From positions 6,572,001 to 6,636,000 of the forward strand of contig NC_092673.1 of the NCBI RefSeq assembly GCF_964355755.1: a DNA stretch of 64,000 nt, given 5' to 3'. Under the pieces are notes generated by a model that saw nothing but the letters and a program-made list of their open reading frames with translations, was not told the origin of the DNA and made no database searches. Origin of the DNA: Antedon mediterranea. Lineage: Eukaryota; Animalia; Echinodermata. The position numbers and the translations under genes were made by a program. Each line of letters begins with the position of its first letter. The stretch's first letter is position 1. This document shows, piece by piece, positions 1 to 12,254 of this stretch.

Positions 1-1290
1 ATACAAGCACAGCTTTTGCCTCGAATGTCTTTTAAAATACTTTCGTCCTCTCTCATTTCTGCAGCTTTTCGCAACATTCCTGTCATAAATCAAATCAACA
101 AAAGCAATAGTGTGTAATTCCTAAATGATTGAAATGATATTTTGTTATGCATAAAGTCTACAACATGGAGATATAAAAAGTATAGCTCCATGATTACACT
201 ATATAGCAAAGGTTCACATGGAAGAAATGTCCTGGAACACCTCATTATGCTGTACAGTAGGAAGGTTTTCTAATTGGATTACATCAGTTGAGCCTGCAAA
301 ACTCATAGGATGGGGATTAGAAAGCAGATTGATTAATTAACCATGTTTACAAATTTCAAGGATAGGAGAAACAACAATAACAAGTGAATTTTTTTTCTTC
401 AAATAATTACCTGCATCATCTGTTAAAGCCTTTCTTAATTTATCATGACCTCTTTTGCCTTGGATCGTCACTAATTTGTCTTGCAATTTACAAATGATAC
501 ATTTCTTTGGCAAAATAGTGGCTTTTTGAACCATTGCTGTGGCTGAACTACTTCTCAAAAAATGCTTGGCCCTCTTAACTGGTGGCTCATCTGGGCTCTC
601 ACTGTCTCCTGCTTGGGATCTCTTTTTGGCAACTCTTGTTTCAGCCTAAACATCAATTTCAACGTATAATTAATTTATACAGCATTTTATTTGGTCTTAT
701 ATAGAGCCTATATTGGTATTTAACTAAAATTAATTGTGTAGCCTACTGAATAATATATACTGTATAATATAATATGGCCTAGGCCTAGGGCCTAGGCCTA
801 CGTAGTATTACTGGTACTACAGTAGTAGAAAGCCCAATCAACAACCAGCACAGAAACTAAGGGCACAATATAGATCTACTATAAGTAAGTGCAGTAGCAC
901 CCTATATACTGTATCATTTAACTATATTATTAACTCTTAGAGTATTCTGATAATAATCGAAACCAAATATTACCTTTTTTAGTCGAGATGTATCAGTATA
1001 TCGCCTGTAACAGGTAGCATGAAAACCTAAGCCTGGATGCTCGCGTACGACATCGTCAAACGATTAATACCTTCATCAGACATACCAGGTCCAAGCTCCG
1101 TCAAATGTATGGCGATTTCCTTGCCGTCTCCATCTAATTTTATCCAACTCTTTGAACAGAGCAACACTTTATTCCATCGAATCTCAGTAATTGGACTGAT
1201 AATTTCATTTGAATGCTTGTAAATTTGGAAAAAACATTTCAACTTTACTTTGTCTGAGCGAGAAGATCCTTCCTCGTCATCGGACGCCAT
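1..1290 (-). pseudogene. 5' exons of a transposon-type Cys/His protein with a frameshift in exon 1
   Basis: GT-AG exons 1290-974, 645-411 and 79-<1 join in phase: ...GFHATCYRRYTDTSRLKK|AETRVAKK...ILPKKCIICKLQ...DDAG|MLRKAAEMREDESILKDIRGKSCAC. The ATG frame from 1290 stops at 1027, while the HxxCYRRYT motif lies in another frame. Confidence 0.6.
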
Positions 1291-1560
1291 TTCGTGTTTA
1301 CATCGTGCTGATTTTGACGTCTGCTGCCTAAACGTCGCGTATGATTGGTTTAACTGATGTCATGTGATACAAAATGGCAACTGCGAAAATATATTCTTTT
1401 ATACTTTTAAAATCAAGATTTCTTTAAAATGTCAGGAAAATTTTCGTGGAACTTTTTAATACGTGATTAATTTATTTTTATGTATATGAATCAAGAGAGT
1501 TCACTTATTATGCTTAATGAGGAACAAGAAAAAATGTTTTCATCTTCACCGTAAGGCCTA
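1..1560 (-). mobile_element. End of an Academ-like DNA transposon, running off the window start
   Basis: Homology to cassette copy 2 begins only at ~1565 (ttttatcctctttaat = ~16915). The unique block ends ...ccgtaaggccta, i.e. 5'-TAG on the minus strand, the Academ-type terminus. It contains a spliced transposon-type gene. Confidence 0.55.
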
Positions 1561-1982
1561 TAATTTTTATCCTCTTTAATATTAATAATAATTTTAATAT
1601 TTTGGCCTATACGTAGTACCCCATGTTTTCTTAATGTATATATTTGTTTTGTCTACTACACTTAAATATATATATATGTTTACATTTACAGAGTTAGTTA
1701 CTTATATAAAAAAAAATCCATGCAAACGCAGCTGGAGCTGAAAGATTTATTTTGCATTATGTGGTGGCGGACACAACTTAAAAACATTTGTAAAAATAAC
1801 GGCCTTTTGATAGATACTTTATCTATCAGGTCTTCCGCAAAATACATAAGACTGGATAACTTTAGATGATCATAACATACTTATTATTAATGTATATTAT
1901 TATATATCGTTTCAAACAATTGATTGAACAAACATTCATTCACAGACCCTATAGGCTGCTATCATAGAACTAAGAAGTTCAA

Positions 1983-2706
1983 CAAGGCCAACAGCCATTA
2001 AGTCGCGTGCTACAATGCATAGTGATACCGGACCGACAGACAGACCGACAGACAGACCGACCGACATAGTGAACTATAGAGTCGCGTCCACGCGACTAAA
2101 AAGGCATAATTTGACGAATTTTTGAACTTTTTCATCAAAAACGTGCGCAAATTATCCAATTCGACGTGCTCATATGACGTAATTTTAAGTCGAAATTGTT
2201 TAAAAGTTGGTAAAATTATTATAAAAGGCTGCAAAAACATAAATCACGCGAAAAAAGTATGTACTTAACGCTACGTGCGCACCGCGCGCGTAAATATTTG
2301 CGCGCGTATGGAAATTTTTGACATGCTCAAAATGACAAGAAACGCGTAGAAAGTTTATTAAAAAATAATTTTGCACATTTTAAAATTTTAAATGCGCGTG
2401 CGCGCGTAACATTGTGTAAAACACACATTTTTTTTTAACAGAAAGTTAGTTTTGCAAAGTTTCAATTTAAAATGTTATTTGGTTTTTGACCTATGTTAAA
2501 TACAAGAAAATCGTTAAATCGCGCGTAAATCACGTTGCGCAACTCTAACGTCATTCACAATAGGAGGTGCACAATTTCACGTAAATGTCCACATGTTGAC
2601 ATCAAAACAGTTAAAAAAGTACAGAAAAGCGATAAAACGCATAGTGATACCGGACTGACAGACAGACCGACAGACAGACCGACCGACATAGTGAACGATA
2701 GAGTCT
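1983..2706 (-). mobile_element. Composite HINE/DINE-1-like non-autonomous Helentron (second family)
   Basis: Absent from copy 2 (empty site gaagttcaaaaatggaa, ~17324-17340); inserted in an A-run (TT on minus). Hairpin agtcgcgt-cc-acgcgact at ~2080-2097, subterminal agtcgcgtg at ~2001, two GACA/GACC microsatellite blocks. Confidence 0.75.
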
Positions 2707-2875
2707 AAAAATGGAAATGGTGATCCGCGATGACGTCACCAAACGTGGCGATTTGGGTGTAGAATTGGAACAAATCTTCCTTTGTGTTTAGTTAAAAAAA
2801 ATGGTATTTACACGTACACACAAAAAAAACATACAAAATAGCAGTAAGTAAGCAAGCACTAATGTAGTATTATAT

Positions 2876-3966
2876 GAACCTGGAATGGATTTTCGATTTT
2901 TTTCATTTTAGAATGATGTTTTGGGGCTATTAGGTGTTGCTAGAATGTATATTGTTACAAAATATAAATTGGCCCTTTTGGGGAAAGCCCCACTTGAAAA
3001 TCAAAAAAATTCGCGGGGACGTCACTTTGCGAATATATATATTCCTATCCCTCCAATGAACAATTTGCAGTTTTTTGGCTATAACTCTTGAAATCTATGG
3101 AATATTTTCTAAAAAATGCTTGTGCGTATTTAGAATTTTTTTAGATAAAATTATTACGTATAAACGGTTATTCAACAAGTAAATGACGATTTAAAATCTT
3201 AAAATCAACGTTTTTTTTTCTGGCAATACCGAAGTTGGCCTGGCAACGTTGTCCGGGATACAGCAGCTCCGTGCGCAATGATGCGTATCCATATTTTCCG
3301 TTCGTGTATTTTGCATATCGTTGGTAATTTATACTGCTAAAATGTGTTAGTTTCTTTAGTTTTTAGTTTAGCAGAATTAAATTAGTAATATGAGATGATA
3401 ATTTATTTGTCACGAATCAGGCAGTTCGAAAACAAATTTTATTCATATTTTACTTTGCCAATTGGCTTGACAATGAGCGCAGCAAGTTGTTGATATCGCT
3501 TTGGTCCTTGGATGCACATGAAACGGAGCCTCGCCGCATGATGTGAGTGGTGGATCGACTCCGCGCGCTGTTAGTAAAGGTTTGGGAGGTAGGCCTTCTA
3601 AATTCGGGTTTTAGAACAAACGAAGTATATTTTAGGGACATATATTTCAACAACATTAGATATTGAATAAATTAATATTAGTGTCAACGCTTCGGGTATC
3701 TTTCCAGGCCGTCGATCAATCACTGACTATCGGGCGGCACACACGCTCTCTCGTGTGAATATGTGACGTCGTAAATTCCGACGGCCGTTGAAATAGAATA
3801 TTGCAATGGCGTGAGTAATTTTCGCTAATTTACCATGGTATCTTAAAATTTTGTTTTTACTCAAAATACTATACATTTTGTTTTTATTTGTATGGGTTTG
3901 TGTTAATTTGATACATTTAAATAACATGTGTGAATTTCTTGAAAATCGAAAGTCCATTTCAGGTCC
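2876..3966. mobile_element. Non-autonomous TIR element (~1.09 kb)
   Basis: Imperfect ~25-bp TIRs gaacctggaatggattttcgatttt / gaaaatcgaaagtccatttcaggtcc; absent at the equivalent site in copy 2 (~17480). Confidence 0.75.
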
Positions 3967-4698
3967 ATTTTAATAAAGCGGCGGAACTGCCATAGTCAAG
4001 CTAGGCTACTTTGAAGGAAAAAAAATCAATCAAAAACTGGCCCTATGCTCTAGATCGATTTTTCTCTGAGATCCAATGATTGGAGTTAATTTTGAAATAA
4101 TTAACTTTGAAACCTGTGTTTGAATTTATAAATACACAAGAAATCTAGCTTTACAATATTAAGAACGGTGTATTACAGTAAAATTAGTTCCTCAATAGTT
4201 TTTCTACATAACTAAATTATTTGTTCGTACTACCTCCTTTTTTAACCGACACTCGTTTGCGAATTCAATATTAGGGAGATATCGCACCATTATGAAAACG
4301 ATAACAATGTTTTAATAAGACAGTATAAACACTCTTTTTTGCAGTGGGCTTGTTTTATTGATTGTGACTAAAACCCAGACACCAAACCGGGATTGAGCCC
4401 TATTGAAGGTTTTTATCATTTTACAAAATGATAAAAGCGTTGTCGGACTAAAAATGCGGACATTTTGATTTGAAGTTTAAAATACCAAGAAAGTACCTGC
4501 ATACCTCCCTCCCTGCTGCAACAGGAAGATATAAAAAATATAACGTAAGCAATATAGAATGTAAATTATCATGTTCTCAAAATGAAACTTTGTTTGTACA
4601 TTACAAAAAAGTTACATGTTACAAATCATGTGAAGTTGCATATCAGGTAACTGTTTAATACACAATTATAAGTCATCCAAATAGTTGACACTGTTGAT

Positions 4699-7600
4699 TT
4701 AAAGGTTATACGTCTTCATCACTTTTGCTTTTGCCTTTTTCCATGTAATTCTCTTCCATCCTCTAGGAATATCAGCCTTTTTAGCATTATAATATTCAGC
4801 AAGTTCACTGTTGTAAGTTGCCATAAACCATTTCCAGAACAGTTCTGCTTTTCCCTCTAATGGTTCAATTTTCCACGACTTGTAATAGTCGTTCACACTT
4901 CTATAGTCTGAATATTTACGCCATTTTCCACCAGTATCGTCATTGCTAAACCCATCACCATGCCTCATTAATGTTGTACATACGTTAGTACCGAGTTTTT
5001 TTGTTCTAGCGTATACATATCCTGCTATTCCCATAGGTCTATGAAGTTCTGTTCGATGACTATCATATGTATTATTAGTATGAAGATCACAAAGTCCTTT
5101 GCAAAATGGACATAACTCACGACAAGCTAAAAGATCAGATGTAAAGAATACAAAACAGTCATTTTTCATTTTATTAAAAGTACTAATATCATAACCTGTG
5201 ATTATGCTGTCTTCGACGTGCTTCAATTCAAAAAATAAATTGTCTTTGAGCTCTTCCAAATCCATAATTCTATCTTCGTCAAAAATCTTAATGTCTCTTT
5301 TGACACATAAGTCTTTATTTATCCTTTCAGTTAAAGATGGCCACCAAGACTTCATTGTGCTTGTTCCTTTCTGACACAAAGCAGTGATAGTTTGCCTTAG
5401 CTCAGCAAATATTTCACGAACATTGTGATTATATACTGCTTGCAGTAACGTGTTACCCGTGTTATTGGTTTGGAAACAAGCTTTCTTGATATGTCCACGA
5501 ATGAAGTTTTCAATAGCGTGTATGGGATCCGACAAATACTGGACAAAGCTTTTAAAATTATGTTTCTCTGCCATTACAATCAGTAAAGACGCATGAAGAG
5601 ACATCTTATTAGTAAACAGTTTACTCTTTCTCAAATAGTCAATTACCTCTATTGCACATTTGTTCGGGAGAGAAACTTCAACCGCACTTTTAATCTCTCG
5701 GGATATTACCGATGCCATCTTAACGCTTATTTGAAGCTCTCTACATTCATCTCTAAACATATGCCATAACCTGTCTCTTTGAAGTGTCATGTATATTTTC
5801 AGGTCGTGTTCACCTCTATACTTGTCTTGCATTTCTTGTAAAATGGGTAAAAACCACTTGAAATTACAGATAGCAAGTCGAATCCTTCCTTTCAACGTAA
5901 AGTAAAGTTTGTCATCTATTTTCACCGCTCCAATTTCACTTAGTAAAGAAGAAAAAAGATCCATTCCTAGATGTTTAGTGTAGTTACTTCCTTCAGATAT
6001 GTGACCTCTGATTGTTTTACTAAACTTGTCGCGGATTTTATGTAGGCTCGAATTTGCTTCAGCCAAGTAAGATCGCTTATCCAGACGAAATTTTAAAAAT
6101 CTTTGATTAAACAAAACGTTAAAATGTAAGTCCTTTTCTTGAACTTCAATTTGAGAAAGATCAGAAAGCAATACACGAGAAACTTCATCTCGATCACTCA
6201 TTAAATTTGACTCTACAACGATTCTTTCAAAAGACTCTACTACATCGATGTAATCTTCACCACCGGGTATGTCGGATATCCACTTATTCCAATTCTCAGT
6301 AAACTCACATTTAAGATTTGCGTCAGATAGGTTTTTAATTCTATGATCTTCAGCCAATTGTTTAGATTTTTGAAAAATTTCTTTTTCATACATGTTAAAT
6401 CTGGCATCGATTTCAGCTCTTCCAATGATTTTTTTTTTAACTGATGTAATTCCGTCATTCAATTCTTTTGTAGTCTCCTTACAAAGATCATCAAGTTGTA
6501 GTTCCATTTTGGCTTTCCATTGACAAGCAAATGTTTCTTCATCAAAATAGCCATTCATGCTAGATTTAAAAGTAACGATGTCTTGTTCTAATTTCTTCCA
6601 ATAACGGTCGAAGATATCTTTTCCATTGTGTTCCATCTCTTCAACTGTTATTTGCCTACATTCATTTCGAAGCTGGTGACTGTATATCATTGCATTTCTT
6701 CTAAATACACGAGATTGCTTCAGATATTCTGTATTCAAAGCATTAAAGGCCTGTATTTCGAAAGAATTCTTGAAGCTGAATACAAAATTTTGGCATAAAA
6801 TTGCGTTCCAAAGATCTGTAAGCATTATTGCGAATCCATCTATACTTCTTGGTTTGGAATTTCGCATGCATTCTACGACCCGTTGTTTTACTTGAAGAAT
6901 GCTGTTGCTGTAACCAGGATTAGGTGGCGCCATCGGTGGATCACCTTGCCACAGGCTGGGAACGTACACTATGTCTTTGTTTTCTTCAAAATGTATGACA
7001 TCGGAAAACGATTGATATTTTTCACTGCAATTTTCTTCGGCCGCAGCAATTTTTGTAATTTTATCCAACATTTCTCGCATGCTCCTTTTTTGTGTTGTAT
7101 TCAAATCTGATGCTGCTGCGTCAGTAACGTTTTGATGCAGAAATATGCAGCTAGGGTTGACATTAACATTTTCCATTTTTATAAATGCATGAACAGCAAT
7201 TTGAAGTGTGTCTTGCATGTCTGTAGGGTTCTCTCCCATAATATTTAGTATGGTAAGATTACCTAAACCAACAACAAATGTAGCTAGCTCGTTGTCATGA
7301 CTGTAACTATGTCGATAGCTGGCGAATTCAGGAGATCGCAAACCCTCGGTGTCAACCACCAAAAGGTAGTCACACTTGGTTTCTTCGTTTAATCCTGAAC
7401 CTAACGGCATCATTTGGGCAAAGACTCCTTTAGTACACCTGCCAGCGCTGACAGCAAATTGTAAACCAAACATGGTATTTAACATGGTGGATTTTCCACT
7501 GCTTTGAATGCCTAATACAGACAGTATAAAGAGTTTCTTATTGCCAACTTGGTATTTAAGAGATCTGAAAACGGCTTTGATCCAAGTAAGCGGCACATGG

Positions 7601-9393
7601 GATGCATCACCATCCATTAGCTCAATTGGATAACCATGTAGTAACATTTCTGCAGTAACTACTGCTAAATCGGAATTATCTGTTTGGAGTTTTAAGTCTG
7701 ATGACATTTCGTAATTCTGTCCGATTTCTCTGTTGAAATGTTCTAATCCTAATGATTCACGTGACAGCTTCTGCTCTAGGTCATTAAGTTTGTCTTTCAT
7801 TGATTGTAATGATGCTTTCGTCATTTCTGGTTTACATTTCGTTGCTTCACATAACCTGTTCCACTTTTCGATGTATTCAATTCGTATTGGATGCAGTTTG
7901 TCGATGCTATATCGGTCGGTCATTAACTTAATAAACCCATAGAAATATTTCCTTTTTATAAGCGAGTTCTTAAAAGACGCTCTAAACAACTTATAAGTAC
8001 ACTTCTTACGTTGGTTTTGGTTTACATCTAACTGTTTTTGTCGTAGGCCTATCATCTCTGACTTTATTTTGTCAACGTAATCTTCAATTTGCATGGTTCC
8101 TTTTCTTAGTAGCCGATGCTGTTCTTTAATATTCTCTCCGATGTTTACTGCAATCAATTGCAAAGGCAGCTCATGTTCTTTCCCATTTAGATATACACGC
8201 TTTAGCAACATGTTTACGCTCTGTTTTGCTTCCAAACAGTCTGGCAAATCTTCATCAACGTGAAAGTTCATCTTTCGTGCTACTTCGCTGCACATCTCGA
8301 TACTCCTATTCGGTAAGACATTCCGGTGAACTTCTTCAAAATATATGTGAAGACATTTCCATATTTCCCGACTTACTTTGAACTGGTTCATGTTTGACGC
8401 ATTAACACATGCTATTTGTTTTGCACCCCGACTAATAGATGACTTCTCAATTTTAAGAATCGTTTCTTTGAATGTTTGTCCAGGATTTCCATCTAAGACG
8501 AAAATCACATGACCGTTTTGTCTGTACAATGTTTCCAGTAACTCTGCATCATGTTCTTTAAAATCATCAGATGACACAAATACAATAGTGACCAGTGATA
8601 TCTCAGACAAAAATTGTGTCTGAGATCGGAAATCTGATGAATTTCCTCGTAGATTTATAAACGTAAGTGCATCTGAAAAAGTATTCTTATTTGTCTCGTT
8701 TGGAAAGTACCATGTCATTTCTAACAATCCATCTGACAGATTTCTTTGTAAATGACCTCCTTTGCATTCTGAATGAAAGAAAATATCATGTCTTTGCTCA
8801 TTTATGATGCAATTGACAAGTTTAGATTTTGACATTCGAGGTCTACCTATGCGAAGAGCAGACACAATAGGAAGTTCGTGAGCGGTCATAAACTTTTCAC
8901 AAGAAAACCCTGAACTTATTTTCCACTTCTTTCTAATTGTGGCTGTCCCCCAAACAAGCATCTCCCATTGTTTGTCTTTAACTGGTATCAGTAACGGAAT
9001 AGCCAACTGACAAGTGGACAATTTATCAATTAATGTTTGCCTTAAGAAATTGTCACAGCACAAGAAAATAGCCACTAGTGCATCTAGTGGACTTACTTCG
9101 TTACAATGATTTACGTCTTCTGAATAGTCTTGTAGAAAAGAAGACATTGAAAATACAGCAGCACTAGAAAGTGATTGATTTTGATCTAAATCATAGCATC
9201 TTCCCTCATATTTGCACATTAGCAGATTTTGTAAAATATACCAGGGTATTTTGCCAGGATCGCTGAGTTCATCTGGTGTAATCACACTTTTAGAAACTAC
9301 AAGTACTTCTTCCCGAGTTAGTTTTTTAGGATAGTAGTCCTGTAGTTGCAGATTTTTAACAACCTGCTGTTGTATGTCAATTCCAGTCGCCAT
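4699..9393 (-). CDS. Interferon-induced very large GTPase-like / URGCP-like protein (VLIG family), intact copy, 1564 aa
   Basis: Uninterrupted ORF with G1 GIQSSGKSTMLN, G2 AGRCTKG, G3 DTEGL, HDNELATFVVGLGNLT, LELMDGD-like IELMDGDASHVP, SLWQGDPPMAPPNPGYS and C-terminal CPFCKGLC...HRP, all typical of VLIG/GVIN proteins. Confidence 0.93.
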   Translation of the reverse strand: MATGIDIQQQVVKNLQLQDYYPKKLTREEVLVVSKSVITPDELSDPGKIPWYILQNLLMCKYEGRCYDLDQNQSLSSAAVFSMSSFLQDYSEDVNHCNEVSPLDALVAIFLCCDNFLRQTLIDKLSTCQLAIPLLIPVKDKQWEMLVWGTATIRKKWKISSGFSCEKFMTAHELPIVSALRIGRPRMSKSKLVNCIINEQRHDIFFHSECKGGHLQRNLSDGLLEMTWYFPNETNKNTFSDALTFINLRGNSSDFRSQTQFLSEISLVTIVFVSSDDFKEHDAELLETLYRQNGHVIFVLDGNPGQTFKETILKIEKSSISRGAKQIACVNASNMNQFKVSREIWKCLHIYFEEVHRNVLPNRSIEMCSEVARKMNFHVDEDLPDCLEAKQSVNMLLKRVYLNGKEHELPLQLIAVNIGENIKEQHRLLRKGTMQIEDYVDKIKSEMIGLRQKQLDVNQNQRKKCTYKLFRASFKNSLIKRKYFYGFIKLMTDRYSIDKLHPIRIEYIEKWNRLCEATKCKPEMTKASLQSMKDKLNDLEQKLSRESLGLEHFNREIGQNYEMSSDLKLQTDNSDLAVVTAEMLLHGYPIELMDGDASHVPLTWIKAVFRSLKYQVGNKKLFILSVLGIQSSGKSTMLNTMFGLQFAVSAGRCTKGVFAQMMPLGSGLNEETKCDYLLVVDTEGLRSPEFASYRHSYSHDNELATFVVGLGNLTILNIMGENPTDMQDTLQIAVHAFIKMENVNVNPSCIFLHQNVTDAAASDLNTTQKRSMREMLDKITKIAAAEENCSEKYQSFSDVIHFEENKDIVYVPSLWQGDPPMAPPNPGYSNSILQVKQRVVECMRNSKPRSIDGFAIMLTDLWNAILCQNFVFSFKNSFEIQAFNALNTEYLKQSRVFRRNAMIYSHQLRNECRQITVEEMEHNGKDIFDRYWKKLEQDIVTFKSSMNGYFDEETFACQWKAKMELQLDDLCKETTKELNDGITSVKKKIIGRAEIDARFNMYEKEIFQKSKQLAEDHRIKNLSDANLKCEFTENWNKWISDIPGGEDYIDVVESFERIVVESNLMSDRDEVSRVLLSDLSQIEVQEKDLHFNVLFNQRFLKFRLDKRSYLAEANSSLHKIRDKFSKTIRGHISEGSNYTKHLGMDLFSSLLSEIGAVKIDDKLYFTLKGRIRLAICNFKWFLPILQEMQDKYRGEHDLKIYMTLQRDRLWHMFRDECRELQISVKMASVISREIKSAVEVSLPNKCAIEVIDYLRKSKLFTNKMSLHASLLIVMAEKHNFKSFVQYLSDPIHAIENFIRGHIKKACFQTNNTGNTLLQAVYNHNVREIFAELRQTITALCQKGTSTMKSWWPSLTERINKDLCVKRDIKIFDEDRIMDLEELKDNLFFELKHVEDSIITGYDISTFNKMKNDCFVFFTSDLLACRELCPFCKGLCDLHTNNTYDSHRTELHRPMGIAGYVYARTKKLGTNVCTTLMRHGDGFSNDDTGGKWRKYSDYRSVNDYYKSWKIEPLEGKAELFWKWFMATYNSELAEYYNAKKADIPRGWKRITWKKAKAKVMKTYNL

Positions 9394-11046
9394 CTCATTT
9401 AATTAGTTAAGCTTACGATATTATGACCATCAATCTAATAATCAAAATAAAACGAGTAAAATAGATCGGGATAAAACTACCATCATGCACAATTATTGCC
9501 TATATAGTTATTTTTTAAACAAAGATATAAGCAAATACAAAACAAATAAAAACAAATAAGATTTATCTTACTGAGGGTAACTTCACCTTGATCGAAGCGA
9601 AATTTTACCAAATCACCATATTCACTGAGTTTAATCTGAAATACAATTTTTAAGACAAACCGATTAAAGAATTTTGTTTTCCTATTAGGTTAAGGCAGAA
9701 ACTATAGAGAGCGTGCATATATCATGAATATTCATGATGCATGCCTGAGCTCATGACGTCATAATTGCAAAACACACTGTCTTCTGATGCACGTTCGCAG
9801 TGCAGCCGGATCGGAGTTACTGTACTCTTTTTCTCTCGATGTTGTTGTTAAATACACTGCAATTTTTTTGCGTTTTATAAAAATTATAATGCATATATAT
9901 ATATAACTTTAAACCAGGTCACTTCTTGTCTTAAGTGTGCGTTTTATTAAGGATAATTATGATAAAAGACAAAAAACCAATGCACTACCAAAGTAGCTCG
10001 CGTCGAAAGTTAAAAAGAAAATAAGATAATTATTACAACAAAGTAAAAAAAAATATTTTGACGCTTAATTATTAAGTATTGTTTAGAAGACAAAATATTA
10101 CTGTAGGCCTACTTGGTTTCAAAAAATCTCAACGACCAGGTTATAATAGTGCCGGCCCCCACAGGCCTACTGTACTACACTGAACACACGTATGTATAAG
10201 CATATATCTAATTACATTTTCAGAACTAAATCACGTAGGCCTATGTCAATAGAGATAGACATATCGATTATGAACCTGGTTTGTTGAAAATGTCACTGAG
10301 AATTTCCTGTTTTGTACAGTCACTGAAAGCATACTATACTTTTACATACCGATCTAATTCCATTTAAAGGTTAACCCTTTGTCGTAAAGTGTACAACCAA
10401 CAACTACAAAACCTATATTATAATATCAATACCTAGGCCTATAGTTATTTGTCACAGTAAATTAAGAATAGTACAACTAGTTTAACAAGAAATACTGAAT
10501 ACATACAGTACGGTATGCCTATGTTACGTACGAAACAAATAAATTATAAAAAGGACTAGAATTATGTTCCAAATTTAAACGAGGAGGGGGGGGGGGGGGG
10601 GGCAACACAAGGTTTTCGCAAAACATACAGTATTTATTAGGTTTAAGTTTACTCGCTTTAGCCAGCTAAAACCTCAGAGGACATAATCAATAAGAAACGG
10701 TATCAACGCGAAAGCTATATTTATGTAGGCCTAAGGGTGACAGTTTTAATATTTTGTAAACTCGACTAATTGATAGGTCCAAGCTGCTGGACCCAAAAAC
10801 GTCTGGCTGGGAAGAGAGAGTCTATGAGGGCAACGGGTTGAACGATTTTGGATTCTCGACCTTTGATTGGTGACGCGAATCAACTGAAGATGTTACTCAA
10901 AAAGTCGAGCGGCTTTTTGTATGAAATATTTCTTGCCACATTTAAGCATACCACTACCATTTTTGGGCACATCACACTTTTTTTTGGAAACTAGTTTGAT
11001 AGTGTAGACAGGGCTTAAATTGCAATTGGTTTTTTGTTGGACGTAC

Positions 11047-11122
11047 TCGCCGAACGACTACTACCGAAACTGAGTCGAGGAAGGGAATTGATGACGAATT
11101 CTGTACTTTCGGGGCTTTTATA
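11047..11122 (-). promoter_or_regulatory. Candidate TATA box and non-coding first exon of the GTPase gene
   Basis: Minus-strand TATAAAA at 11122-11116 and donor GA|GTACGT at 11046. Downstream acceptor TTTCAG at 9636, donor at 9571 and acceptor at ~9435 imply 5' UTR exons. Splice sites are retained in copy 2. Confidence 0.45.
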
Positions 11123-12245
11123 GCTTACTGTTAAATATTATTAAAAAAAAACATTACATTACACTTTACTTTAGAGCAGTTTAGGGAAAAATTTTATTTT
11201 AACATTTTGTTTAGCAATATTGCTAATCAAACTGATTTTTGAGTCGATAAACATAGTTTTTCTATTGTATTTTTTGCTACACAATTTTAGAAATGTGTAT
11301 CAATAAGGCTGTTTTGTATAGCTTTTTGCTATGCTACACTGGCGAAATTATTCCCTTTATTCAACGAGAACTAAAGCCACGTAAACATCAAAGTGATAAT
11401 TATTGAAACAATGATAGGAATATCTATATATATAACATTACGTACATACATTTACACACATATTATACGAACCTTTATGTTGAACAGGGAACGTCCTATT
11501 GGTACTGCAGAAACGGCACATCGAATACTTTACTTGATACTTTATTTACCATTATATACTGTACATACTCAATTCCCTATGGGAATATTTACAAAGAGAC
11601 TACAATACTTTATTAGAATATCAATGCACTGAGTTACAAAAGAAGTTTCGAGTAAAACCTAATTCCGCATAGTACTATAAGGTATGACTATTTAATACGA
11701 TAGGCAATTATATATAAATATAAAAATTTAATCTATAACACTGACAGAGTGTTCTAGATGGCATATGATAAATAATTGCCGATTCAAAACAATTCCAATA
11801 TATTATCGAGAACTTGTTTGAATAACGTGTTCGTATTTCTACCACGCTTCGAGCATTTGTCATCTTGGAAGAATATCTTTTTCGTCATCCGATCATTATC
11901 GGATCTAATCATCATCTAAAGTGTTTTTTTCGCTAACCATTACGGATCATTCGTAAACATCATTGTTTCAATAATTATCACTTTATTTTTGCTAATGGGT
12001 AAAGGCTACTTATCTATGAATTTCACTTTAAGAAATATAATGCAACCTCCCCTTGCCATAAGCACAAACCGACCGATGGTCAGCTTTGTCAAATTTTGAT
12101 TTTTTGATTTTTTTAAAAATCTTATTTTGTTCCATTATATTAATGCCCTTACGTAAATTTATATATAGATACGGTGATTGTATTTTACAAAAAAAAAAAA
12201 AAGTTGTTGACATACTATATATATAAATAGCTCACGCTTAATATA

Positions 12246-12254
12246 GGAATTTCC
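12246..12254. promoter_or_regulatory. NF-kB-like site GGAATTTCC in the divergent intergenic region
   Basis: Motif match only; conserved in copy 2 (52963-52971) next to a TATATAAAT tract. Confidence 0.3.

Noticed and set aside
10586-10602. Functional G-quadruplex poly-G tract
   Set aside because: Absent in copy 2 (gaggagggccacac); most simply a slippage expansion.
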